IMG/VR virus record: IMGVR_UViG_3300012942_000102
Location: 1 to 31,627 of that record
Reading direction: 5' to 3' (one strand)
From: a virus
Taxonomy: Duplodnaviria; Caudoviricetes
DNA: 31,627 bases
Shown piece by piece: positions 9,995 through 17,974 of the stretch (its first letter is position 1; the number at the start of each line of letters is the position of its first letter). The notes under the pieces are model-generated. The model ran no database searches and had not been told where the DNA came from. It saw only the letters and a list, made by a program, of their open reading frames with translations. Position numbers and translations under genes: made by a program.

Positions 9995-10510
9995 ATGTCT
10001 TTCCAATCGACTGTCAATGTCCTGCAAGGCTTCGGCGTTCCGGGTGAGGTGATTCTTCACAGCCCGCTGCGCGCCGAACCGCTGACCATCAACTCGGCCG
10101 GCGCCACGCCGAACGTGTACGGCTATGCCGCTACGAAATCGGTGACGACCAACATCGCGAAGATGGGCGGCGCAATCACCGCCGGCACGAGCGTATTCGC
10201 AGGAATCATGGCCAACCCGAAGGCCGCCCGGCTTGTTGGCGATACGAACGGTACCCTTGACCCGACGCTCGCCATTCCCGATCAATCCATCGCCGACTTC
10301 CTGACGATGGGCGATATCGTCGTCTCGGTTTCGACTGCATGCGATATCGGCGATCTCGTGATGTATGACACGACGACGGGCGCCCTGAGCACGATGGCAC
10401 CCGGCGGCACGCCGACCGCAGGCACCGCACAGGTGCCGAACGCTGTCGTATATCGCTATCCGGTGACGGCCTCCGGCGGCGGTCTCACGGTCGCACGGCT
10501 GACCAACTAA
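9995..10510 (+). CDS. head decoration/cement protein
   Basis: SFQSTVN..GVPGE start; lies between scaffold and major capsid gene. Confidence 0.75.
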   Translation: MSFQSTVNVLQGFGVPGEVILHSPLRAEPLTINSAGATPNVYGYAATKSVTTNIAKMGGAITAGTSVFAGIMANPKAARLVGDTNGTLDPTLAIPDQSIADFLTMGDIVVSVSTACDIGDLVMYDTTTGALSTMAPGGTPTAGTAQVPNAVVYRYPVTASGGGLTVARLTN

Positions 10511-10531
10511 CCCTCCCCTCACGTTCATAAG

Positions 10532-10559
10532 AACCCCGCTTCGGCGGGGTTTTTATTTT
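10532..10559 (+). terminator. intrinsic terminator
   Basis: AACCCCGC-TTCG-GCGGGGTT followed by TTTATTTT. Confidence 0.8.
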
Positions 10560-10570
10560 CAGGATCAACA

Positions 10571-11710
10571 ATGAATCTTCAAATCTCGAAGACGCATTCG
10601 AGCGTGAGCGGTCGTCAAGCTGCTGCCCGCCGCGCCGAAGGCAAATCGCTGTTCGCAATGGACAGCAAGGAAGTCGCGGACTATCTGCAGCTTCGTTATA
10701 CCGGCCTCGGTATTGATGAGTCGTGGGCACTCAAAGCTGCCCATTTTGCGATGGACGACCCGCAGGGCGGCGTATTCACCGCCTCGGTTGCGACGCCGGT
10801 CCAGTTCCTGCAAGCATGGCTCCCGGGTCTCGTGCGCGCGGTTTTCCAGATCCGCGTGATCGACGAAATCGTTGGTATTCAGACGGTCGGCGAATGGCAC
10901 GATCAGGAAGTCGTGCAGGGGGCAATCGAGTCGATGGGCGACGCGGTACCGTATGGCGACCTCGCGAACGTTCCGCTGGCGAACTGGAACGTCAACTTCG
11001 AACGCCGCACCATCGTACGCTTCGAAAAGGGTTTCTCCGTCGGGAGACTCGAAGAAGCGCGCGCCGGCGCGATCCGGGTGTCGTCGCAAGCGGAAAAGCG
11101 TATCGCCGCCGCGACTGCACTCGACATCCAGCGCAACCTGATTGGCTTCAACGGATACAACTCGGGCAGTGACCGTACCTATGGTTTTCTGAACGACCCG
11201 TATCTGCCCGCCTACGTGACCGTCGCGAACGGCGCCACGTCGGGCACGCCGGCATGGGCAACGAAAGCGACGCTGGACATCATCGCTGACCTGCTGCTGG
11301 CGTTCAAGACGCTCGAAGTGCAGTCGGGCGGCAACATCCAGCCGAAGGTAGACGATACGACGCTGGTTCTCCCGACCGGCTTCGATGCATTCCTCGGCAC
11401 GCCGACAACGCTAGGATTCTCGGCGAGTGGCTGGCTGCGCGACAACTATCCGAAGTGCCGCATTGTCACCGCGCCGCAACTCGCGGGCGCGAATGGTGGC
11501 GCAAACGTGATGTATCTGTTCGCCGATCGTGTCGCCAGCGACCCGGACTCGACCGACGATGGCCGTACGTTCCTGCAAGCGGTGCCATCGAAGTTCCAGA
11601 CGCTCGGTGTGCAACAGGAAGCCAAGCGCTATGTCGAGGACTTCTCCAACGCGACGGCCGGCGTCATGGTCAAGCGTCCTTGGGCGGTCGTCCGCTACAG
11701 CGGTCTCTAA
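10571..11710 (+). CDS. major capsid protein (DUF2184-type)
   Basis: 379 aa; YGD, GFLNDP and C-terminal TAGVMVKRPWAVVRYSGL motifs; synteny. Confidence 0.9.
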   Translation: MNLQISKTHSSVSGRQAAARRAEGKSLFAMDSKEVADYLQLRYTGLGIDESWALKAAHFAMDDPQGGVFTASVATPVQFLQAWLPGLVRAVFQIRVIDEIVGIQTVGEWHDQEVVQGAIESMGDAVPYGDLANVPLANWNVNFERRTIVRFEKGFSVGRLEEARAGAIRVSSQAEKRIAAATALDIQRNLIGFNGYNSGSDRTYGFLNDPYLPAYVTVANGATSGTPAWATKATLDIIADLLLAFKTLEVQSGGNIQPKVDDTTLVLPTGFDAFLGTPTTLGFSASGWLRDNYPKCRIVTAPQLAGANGGANVMYLFADRVASDPDSTDDGRTFLQAVPSKFQTLGVQQEAKRYVEDFSNATAGVMVKRPWAVVRYSGL

Positions 11711-11719
11711 CAGCCAGTC

Positions 11720-11801
11720 TTGCCCGGTCTAGGTTCGCGAGCCGAAGCCGTCCCATCCCTCCTAAGGCGGCGCGACCGGGCAACCCTCTCGGAGGTAGGA
11801 G
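11720..11801 (+). ncRNA. structured cis-regulatory RNA candidate (three-way junction, anti-SD loop), copy 1
   Basis: P1 TTGCCCGGTC/GACCGGGCAA; TAGG..CCGA hairpin; P3 GCCGTC/GGCGGC with loop CTCCTA complementary to downstream TAGGAG. Confidence 0.6.
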
Positions 11802-11807
11802 AATTAA

Positions 11808-12194
11808 ATGCCGCATATTGCATCCACCCTCACCTGTGACAACCGGTACGCTAATTATCTGCGTGGCGACGGCATCCTGACCGAAGCCGAAGGTGTCACA
11901 ATCAAAGGTGGCTTCGGCCTTGCCAATCAGAACTTCGTGACGCCGACTGGCGCGGTCGTGACCGCCGTGACTGATTCTGAGCTCGCATTGCTTGAAAAGC
12001 ATCCGCAGTTTCGCGAGCATCAAGCTAGGGGCTTCGTCAAAATCCTGAAAGGCACGACGGACGGCGACAAGGGCGCGGTCGGTATGACGCTCGGCGACAA
12101 GTCGCAGCCGATCAATCCGCAGATGTACCAGAAGAAAGACGACGAGCGGCCCGAAATCCTGTCGGTTAGCACGGACCAGTTGAAGGTGAAGTGA
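11808..12194 (+). CDS. conserved virion-module hypothetical protein
   Basis: Strong RBS, follows the capsid gene; GGFGLAN..TP.G..T.V motif. Confidence 0.7.
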   Translation: MPHIASTLTCDNRYANYLRGDGILTEAEGVTIKGGFGLANQNFVTPTGAVVTAVTDSELALLEKHPQFREHQARGFVKILKGTTDGDKGAVGMTLGDKSQPINPQMYQKKDDERPEILSVSTDQLKVK

Positions 12195-12610
12195 TGGCCT
12201 TTGATATCGCTGCCTTCCAGACAGCGTTCCCGGCGTTCAGTGACACGGCGACCGCGACCATTCAGACGTGGGTCAATATCCTGGCTGAATCGTCGATGGC
12301 CGACTGGTTCGCCAGTACCACACTGACGCAACAGCAATTGATCGTCGCTCACGTCGGCTATCTGATGACGAACGCAAGCACCCTGAACGATTCGCAGGGT
12401 GGGGGTGCCGTCGTCAGCGCATCGGAAGGCAGCGTATCGGCTTCGTTCGTGACCCCTCCTGTAAAGGACGGCCTCGAATACTACCTGTCTGGTTCGCAGT
12501 ACGGCCAGATGCTGTGGGCGATGCTGAATATCAGCGCTGCCGGCGGCATCAATATCGGCGGCCTCCCCGAGAGTCGAGCCTATCGACGCGTGTACGGGGC
12601 ATTCCGTTAG
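12194..12610 (+). CDS. head-tail adaptor (DUF4054-type)
   Basis: FDIAAFQTAFPAF start, SASEGSVSASF and SQYGQMLW motifs. Confidence 0.8.
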   Translation: MAFDIAAFQTAFPAFSDTATATIQTWVNILAESSMADWFASTTLTQQQLIVAHVGYLMTNASTLNDSQGGGAVVSASEGSVSASFVTPPVKDGLEYYLSGSQYGQMLWAMLNISAAGGINIGGLPESRAYRRVYGAFR

Positions 12611-12849
12611 TCCTCATCGTCCTCTTCGTCATCCAGTTCGCGGCTCAGGTCTTCTGCCTGGTGGCAGGCCTCGATCATCTCGACTACCTCGCGAATCTCT
12701 TCGTCGTTCAGTTCGATGCGGAAATCGCAACGCGGGCATTTCAGGCCGCGCAGCTTGAAGTACTCATCGAGGTTGCGCGAGAACGAGAAACCGCACCGCT
12801 CACAAACGAACGGCAGCATTTCCTCCAGCGTGCGTGAACTGTATGGCAT
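12607..12849 (-). CDS. small acidic Zn-ribbon protein, antisense insertion
   Basis: CERC..CPRC pairs and an acidic tail; fills the gap between two + strand structural genes. Start uncertain. Confidence 0.55.
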   Translation of the reverse strand: MPYSSRTLEEMLPFVCERCGFSFSRNLDEYFKLRGLKCPRCDFRIELNDEEIREVVEMIEACHQAEDLSRELDDEEDDED

Positions 12850-13385
12850 TTAAGCTCGACGAAATTAACAGACGGCTTGAGGCCCTCAAGACGCAGACGA
12901 TCAAGGCCGGGATTCTGGGTGGGACGTACGAAGACGGAACGAACATTGCCTATGTCGGGGCGATCCAGGAGTACGGCGCACCGGCAGCAAGCATACCACC
13001 GCGCCCTTTCATGCGATCCACGGTGGCAGCCGAGCAACGCGAATGGCGTAAGGCACTTGCCAGCAATATCGCCCGTGTCGCTGCTGGTGAAATGACGGCC
13101 GAAGACCTGATGAACGCCGTTGGTGCGCGCATGGCGGCAGACATTCAGACGACGATCGCGGAGATGGATTCGCCGCCGTTGAGCCCGATCACCGTCATGC
13201 TCCGCGGGATGCGCAGCCACGACCGCGACCTTGTCGTTACCGGCAAGACGGTCGGGGAAGCCGCACAGCGTGTAGCTGATGGTGCTACCAATTACGGCGC
13301 CTCCGACAAGCCGCTGACACCGCCGGATTCCGAAGGCGGCACAGGTCTGCTGCTCAAATCAATCTCCTGGAAGGTAGGCGAATGA
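12843..13385 (+). CDS. neck / tail-completion protein
   Basis: EYGAPAASIPPRPFMRST motif, ending LLKSISW; synteny. Confidence 0.75.
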   Translation: MAFKLDEINRRLEALKTQTIKAGILGGTYEDGTNIAYVGAIQEYGAPAASIPPRPFMRSTVAAEQREWRKALASNIARVAAGEMTAEDLMNAVGARMAADIQTTIAEMDSPPLSPITVMLRGMRSHDRDLVVTGKTVGEAAQRVADGATNYGASDKPLTPPDSEGGTGLLLKSISWKVGE

Positions 13386-13765
13386 AGCTCCGGTCGATCG
13401 TCAACGGTGCGATCCAGGGCATCAATCGCGATCAGACCGTGACCTGGGTGTCGAACCAAGGCTACACGACGGCACCGGACGGCACGCGCACACCGAATCG
13501 GACCTCGCAGACCGTACAGGCCAATGTGCAGGCGTTGAGTGGCACCGATCTTCGGCATGTCGACGGGCTGAACCTGCAGGGCGTCATGCGTTCCGTCTAC
13601 CTCTACGGAGACGTAGAGGGGATCGTTCGTGCGGACGGGAAAGGCGGCGACATGCTGCAGTTCCCGGAAGTGCCTGGTGGTACGACGCGCAACTGGCTTG
13701 TGAACCAGGTCATGGAAGTTTGGCCCACCTGGTGCCGCGTAATCGTCACGCTGCAAAATCCATGA
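13382..13765 (+). CDS. head closure / collar protein
   Basis: ATGA overlaps on both sides; VQAL..L.H.DGLNLQG and W..WC motifs. Confidence 0.7.
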   Translation: MKLRSIVNGAIQGINRDQTVTWVSNQGYTTAPDGTRTPNRTSQTVQANVQALSGTDLRHVDGLNLQGVMRSVYLYGDVEGIVRADGKGGDMLQFPEVPGGTTRNWLVNQVMEVWPTWCRVIVTLQNP

Positions 13766-14478
13766 GCTTATCCGTCACCGAATCCAATGTCTTTGCGGCA
13801 TTGCGCGCATTCCTGTTGGCAATCCTGCCGGCTGGCGTCGAGGTCGTGAAGGCCCAGGCGAATCTCGTGCCGCCGCCGGCTGGCACGGATTACGTCACCA
13901 TGACGCCGCTTCTGCGGCAGCGACTGGAATGGAACATCGCTGATTATTCAGACACATCTTTCACTGGATCGATCAGTGGCGATACACTCACCGTGACCGA
14001 AATATTGATCGGCACGATTGAGATCGGCACAGCGATCGTCAGTAATGGCGTCGCAGCAAACACGATCATCACTGCGGCCGACGCAGTCAACCCGGACGGC
14101 ACTGGCACTTACACAGTCAGCCAGTCGCAAACCGTCGCGAGCCAGAAAATGGCGGCGGGCACCAAAACCGTCCTTCAGCCGACGCAGGTCAGCGTGCAAC
14201 TGGACGTGCATGGCCCGAACTCGGGCGACAACGCGCAGATCATCACGAGCCTCTTTTTCGACCCGTATGCGACGGACGCTTTTCAGTTGTCCGGATATGA
14301 CGTGGCTCCGCTGTACGCCGATGACCCGAAACAGATCCCGTTCATCAACGCTGAAAACCAGTATGAGGATCGCTGGGTAGTCACGGCCTACATGCAGGCC
14401 AATCCGACGATTACGCTGCCGCAGCAGTTCGCCGACGAACTGGAAACGACCGTCACAGAAGTTCAGGCAAGCGCCTGA
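13762..14478 (+). CDS. tail terminator-like protein with an inserted beta-rich domain
   Basis: ATG at 13762 overlaps the upstream stop; VQLDVHG, PLYADDPKQ and EQYE.RW-like motifs; directly before the sheath. Confidence 0.7.
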   Translation: MSLSVTESNVFAALRAFLLAILPAGVEVVKAQANLVPPPAGTDYVTMTPLLRQRLEWNIADYSDTSFTGSISGDTLTVTEILIGTIEIGTAIVSNGVAANTIITAADAVNPDGTGTYTVSQSQTVASQKMAAGTKTVLQPTQVSVQLDVHGPNSGDNAQIITSLFFDPYATDAFQLSGYDVAPLYADDPKQIPFINAENQYEDRWVVTAYMQANPTITLPQQFADELETTVTEVQASA

Positions 14479-14503
14479 TATCCCCGCATCCCCGTTTCAT
14501 TCG

Positions 14504-14533
14504 AGCCCGCCATTGAGCGGGCTTTTTCTTTTT
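14504..14533 (+). terminator. intrinsic terminator
   Basis: AGCCCGC-CATTGA-GCGGGCT followed by a T-tract. Confidence 0.75.
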
Positions 14534-14544
14534 GTGGAGCCCAA

Positions 14545-16053
14545 ATGGCGAGCATTCCCGCAAGCGCAATCGTCTCGGTTATTCCGAGTGTCATCTCGGC
14601 CGGCGGGAGCGCTCTTGATCTCATCGGCCTGTGCCTGACGCAAAACACTCGTGTTCCGACCGGTGAAGTACTTTCGTTTCCCTCCTCGGCCTCGGTGTCG
14701 AGCTACTTCGGCGCAACGTCGGTAGAGGCTGCGCAGGCCGCAATCTACTTCGCGGGGTTCGAGGGATCTAACGTGCTTCCCGCCGCAATGCTGTTCGCGC
14801 AGTACAACACGGCGGATGTTCCGGGCTATCTGCGCGGCGGCAGTGTAGCGTCCCTAACGCTTGCAGAATTGCAGGCACTGTCTGGCACTCTGACCATTAC
14901 GGTCGCAGGCGTTGCCGAAACCTCATCGTCGATCAGCCTGTCGGCTGCTACCAGCTTTTCCGATGCGGCATCCATCATCGAAGCCGCATTCACGTCGCCA
15001 ACCTTCGCCATCACGTACGACAGCGTCTCCGGCGCCTTCGTGTTCACGACCACGACGACCGGAGCGACGGAAACGATCACGTATGCGACGGGAACGCTGG
15101 CTGCGGGTCTGGCGCTGACGCAAGCGACCGGCGCCATTCTTTCGCAGGGTGCGGCAGCGCAAACGTCACCATCCGCTTTCATGGCGGGGATCGTCAATCA
15201 GACGACGAACTGGGCGACCTTCTGGACTGACTTCGACCCGGATGCTGGCACGGGCAATGCCGTCAAGTACGAGTTCGCCCAGTGGGTCGGCACGACGACC
15301 AACCGCTTCGCCTATATCGCCGAAGACACCGACATCACGGCGACCGAATCGACCAACGCAACGACGTCGCTCGGCCAGAAGGTCAAGGCTGCCGGTATTT
15401 CGGGCGTCTCGTTGTGGTACGCGCCGACGACCCCGTACGGCCTCGCCGCTTTTGTGTCTGGCGCCATCGCGTCGATCGACTTCACGCAAACCAACGGCGA
15501 AGCAACGCTCGCGTTCAAGTCGCAGTCGGGTCTTGCTGCAACGGTAACGGACCAGACCTCGGCGGCGAACCTGATCGCCAACGGGTACAACTTCTACGGC
15601 GCTTACGCGACGGCGAATGAGAGTTTCATCTTCTCATATCCGGGCTCCGTCTCTGGCTCGTTCGAGTGGCTCGATGCTTACGTCGGGCAAATCTGGCTGA
15701 ACAATGCGCTACAACTGGCGCTCATGGAACTGCTCACGAACGTCAAGTCGATTCCCTACTCGCCGGCTGGATACGGACTCATTTCCGCCGCGATGCAGGA
15801 CCCGATCAACGCGGCTGTCACCTTCGGTCTGATCACGCCCAACGTCACCCTCTCGTCGGCACAGATCGCCGAAGTGAACAACGCCGCGGGCACGAACATC
15901 GCGAACACGTTGCAAAGCCAGGGTTGGTATTTGCAGATCCAGGCACCTACTGCGCAGACCCGCGGGAATCGCACTAGTCCGCCGGTAAATTTCTGGTATT
16001 GTCAAGGGGGCTCTATCCAGAAGATCAACGTCGCGAGCGTTGAGGTCCAATAG
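14545..16053 (+). CDS. tail sheath protein (DUF3383-type)
   Basis: 502 aa; [18 protein letters not shown] start, [25 protein letters not shown] end. Confidence 0.9.
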   Translation: MASIPASAIVSVIPSVISAGGSALDLIGLCLTQNTRVPTGEVLSFPSSASVSSYFGATSVEAAQAAIYFAGFEGSNVLPAAMLFAQYNTADVPGYLRGGSVASLTLAELQALSGTLTITVAGVAETSSSISLSAATSFSDAASIIEAAFTSPTFAITYDSVSGAFVFTTTTTGATETITYATGTLAAGLALTQATGAILSQGAAAQTSPSAFMAGIVNQTTNWATFWTDFDPDAGTGNAVKYEFAQWVGTTTNRFAYIAEDTDITATESTNATTSLGQKVKAAGISGVSLWYAPTTPYGLAAFVSGAIASIDFTQTNGEATLAFKSQSGLAATVTDQTSAANLIANGYNFYGAYATANESFIFSYPGSVSGSFEWLDAYVGQIWLNNALQLALMELLTNVKSIPYSPAGYGLISAAMQDPINAAVTFGLITPNVTLSSAQIAEVNNAAGTNIANTLQSQGWYLQIQAPTAQTRGNRTSPPVNFWYCQGGSIQKINVASVEVQ

Positions 16054-16056
16054 TCG

Positions 16057-16065
16057 TGCTACAGT
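16057..16065 (+). promoter_or_regulatory. candidate extended -10 promoter of the HNH cassette
   Basis: TGcTACAGT lies 7 nt upstream of the structured leader. Confidence 0.4.
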
Positions 16066-16072
16066 AGCAATC

Positions 16073-16154
16073 GTGCGGGATAGGAGGCATCCGACAAGCC
16101 AGTTCCCTAGCTGGTTTCCCGCACCCATTACTAGGGGTTTGTTTAGGGACAAAC
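16073..16154 (+). ncRNA. structured cis-regulatory RNA candidate, copy 2 (leader of HNH)
   Basis: P1 GTGCGGGA/TCCCGCAC; TAGG..CCGA; P3 AGCCAG/CTGGTT with loop TTCCCTAG complementary to CTAGGG (16131) and TAGGGA (16144, the RBS). Confidence 0.65.
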
Positions 16155-16877
16155 ATGGAATCGAAAAGCTGCAACAAATGCGGCCTTGTGAAGCCGTTGG
16201 ATCAATTTAGCAAGTCATCGAGCGGGAAATTCGGGCGCAAATCGCGCTGTAAATCGTGCATATCTGAGGACAAGCGCGCATATCGCGCGGCCAATCTAGA
16301 CGCGTGCCGAGCCAAGGACAGAGAGAGAAGGGCTCTTGACGGGGGCGTAAATAACGCTCGTTCTCGCGCTTGGTATGCCGCCAACAAAGATAAGGCCAAG
16401 CAAACGCGCAGGGCATGGCGGGAACGCAATGCAGAAAAAGACCGGGCAGATGTAGCGGCCTATCAAAAGGCGAATGCTGAACGGCTCAAAGCGGCGGCAA
16501 AAATCTGGAGCGCAAATAACCGAGACAAGAAGCTCGGCTATGCCAAGAAATATCGGGATACCAATCGGGAACAATTCCTGTTGGCTGGCGCGGAATGGCG
16601 AAAGCGAAATCGCCACAAGGTCAATGCAAAAAAATCGCGACGTATCGCCTCTCAAGTTCGGGCCACGCCGGGTTGGGCAGATTTAGAGAAGATTTCGGCA
16701 GTCTACTTTGCCGCAAACTTTTTGAGCATGGTGACAGGCGAGTGGTATCACGTTGACCATATCGTGCCTATACGGTCTGACGTTGTTTGTGGACTGCATT
16801 GGGAAGGCAACCTCCGAGTGTTGCCGTCCGCCGAGAACCAAAGCAAAGGCAACCGGCACTGGCCGGATATGCCCTAA
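16155..16877 (+). CDS. free-standing HNH homing endonuclease
   Basis: N-terminal CxxC..CxxC, long basic helical repeats, C-terminal HVDHIVP..GLH..NL......N..KGN. Confidence 0.9.
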   Translation: MESKSCNKCGLVKPLDQFSKSSSGKFGRKSRCKSCISEDKRAYRAANLDACRAKDRERRALDGGVNNARSRAWYAANKDKAKQTRRAWRERNAEKDRADVAAYQKANAERLKAAAKIWSANNRDKKLGYAKKYRDTNREQFLLAGAEWRKRNRHKVNAKKSRRIASQVRATPGWADLEKISAVYFAANFLSMVTGEWYHVDHIVPIRSDVVCGLHWEGNLRVLPSAENQSKGNRHWPDMP

Positions 16878-16898
16878 GCAATCACATCTGATTCAATC

Positions 16899-16929
16899 AA
16901 AGCCACCCTCCGAGGTGGCTTTTTCTTTT
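16899..16929 (+). terminator. intrinsic terminator
   Basis: AAAGCCACC-CTCCGA-GGTGGCTTT followed by TTCTTTT. Confidence 0.75.
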
Positions 16930-16939
16930 GGGGCCTTAC

Positions 16940-17371
16940 ATGTCGGATATCACTTCGGCGAACAGTGTTCTACTGCTCGGCGTGAATAGTCTTTACACCG
17001 TGCCTCAGCAACTTCAGGGTTTTGGTCAGGACGACGCCTATGCGATGGAAGCTGTCGATAACAAGGAAGTCCAGATCGGTGTCGACGGCAATCTGTCGGC
17101 GGGCTGGATCCCGCAGATCAAGACGATGACCGTGACGCTGCAGGCCGACAGCGCATCGAACGATTTCTTCGAGGCGTGGTATGCCGCAGAAGAAGCGGCT
17201 AAAAGCGCGTACTTCGCGTTCGGCACCATCGTCCAGCCGGCGATCAACAAGATGTACACGCTGACGAACGGCGTGCTGTCGAACTACACGCCGCTCGCGG
17301 AAGCCAAGAAAGTGCTCCAGCAGCGCAAGTTTCAGATCAAGTGGCAAGTCGTTATCGGAGTGCCGACGTAA
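16940..17371 (+). CDS. tail tube protein
   Basis: MSDITSANS start, GVDG.LSAG and TLQADS motifs; follows the sheath. Confidence 0.8.
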   Translation: MSDITSANSVLLLGVNSLYTVPQQLQGFGQDDAYAMEAVDNKEVQIGVDGNLSAGWIPQIKTMTVTLQADSASNDFFEAWYAAEEAAKSAYFAFGTIVQPAINKMYTLTNGVLSNYTPLAEAKKVLQQRKFQIKWQVVIGVPT

Positions 17372-17820
17372 TGGCCCGCAAACAGATCACGATCACGATC
17401 GATACGCCAGGACGCGACTTCGGTAAGTCATACCGGCTCACGGAAATGCCGGCGTCACAGGCCGAGAAGTGGGCTGCGCGCGCCTTTCTTGCACTCGCAA
17501 AATCCGGCGTCGAGATCCCAGACAACATCGCGAAGGCCGGCCTCGCTGGCATTGCCGCGTTCGGGTTGAAGGCGCTCGGCAGCATGGACTTTGCTGACGC
17601 CGAATCGCTGATGGACGAGATGTTCCAATGCATTTCCTGCATACCCGATCTGTCGCGCCCGATGGTCGTCCGTGGCTTGATTGAGGACGACATCGAGGAA
17701 GTCTCGACGCGCGTGAAGCTGCGCAAGGAAGTGTTCGGTCTTCACGTCAATTTTTCTATGCCCGCCGCCGGCTTGACCTCTTCTTCGACGGCGACGGGCG
17801 CGAATACGCCGACTACCTGA
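17371..17820 (+). CDS. tail assembly chaperone (gpG-like)
   Basis: GRD.GK.Y.LTEMPASQAEKWA.RA motif; between tube and tape measure. Confidence 0.8.
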   Translation: MARKQITITIDTPGRDFGKSYRLTEMPASQAEKWAARAFLALAKSGVEIPDNIAKAGLAGIAAFGLKALGSMDFADAESLMDEMFQCISCIPDLSRPMVVRGLIEDDIEEVSTRVKLRKEVFGLHVNFSMPAAGLTSSSTATGANTPTT

Positions 17821-17972
17821 ACGTCCCTCGCAATATCGGGACGGTGATATCCGCCAGACTCGCGACGATGGCCGAGCTTGATTCGGTACTCGGCACCGAA
17901 GACCTTCACGATCTGTTAGAGATAGCGGCGGTCGATGCATACAACAAGCAGCTAGCCTCCAAACCCGATTAA
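17754..17972 (+). CDS. -1 frame extension of the tail chaperone (gpGT-like); not in the ORF track
   Basis: Open -1 frame after AAT TTT T (17749-17755): ..YLNVPRNIGTVISARLATMAELDSVLGTEDLHDLLEIAAVD..*, stopping 2 nt before the tape measure ATG. Confidence 0.7.
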   Translation, partial: FYARRRLDLFFDGDGREYADYLNVPRNIGTVISARLATMAELDSVLGTEDLHDLLEIAAVDAYNKQLASKPD

Positions 17973-17974
17973 TC

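Noticed and set aside
9254-10528. 424-aa minus-strand ORF (likewise 3130..3918, 5605..6354, 17969..18655, 29929..30906)
   Set aside because: Antisense shadows of well-supported + strand genes in GC-rich DNA; no recognisable motifs.
16054-16929. Group I intron or IS200/605-type RNA-guided element around the HNH gene
   Set aside because: Flanking genes are intact, the non-coding flanks are too short for a ribozyme or omega-type RNA, and no RuvC motifs are seen.
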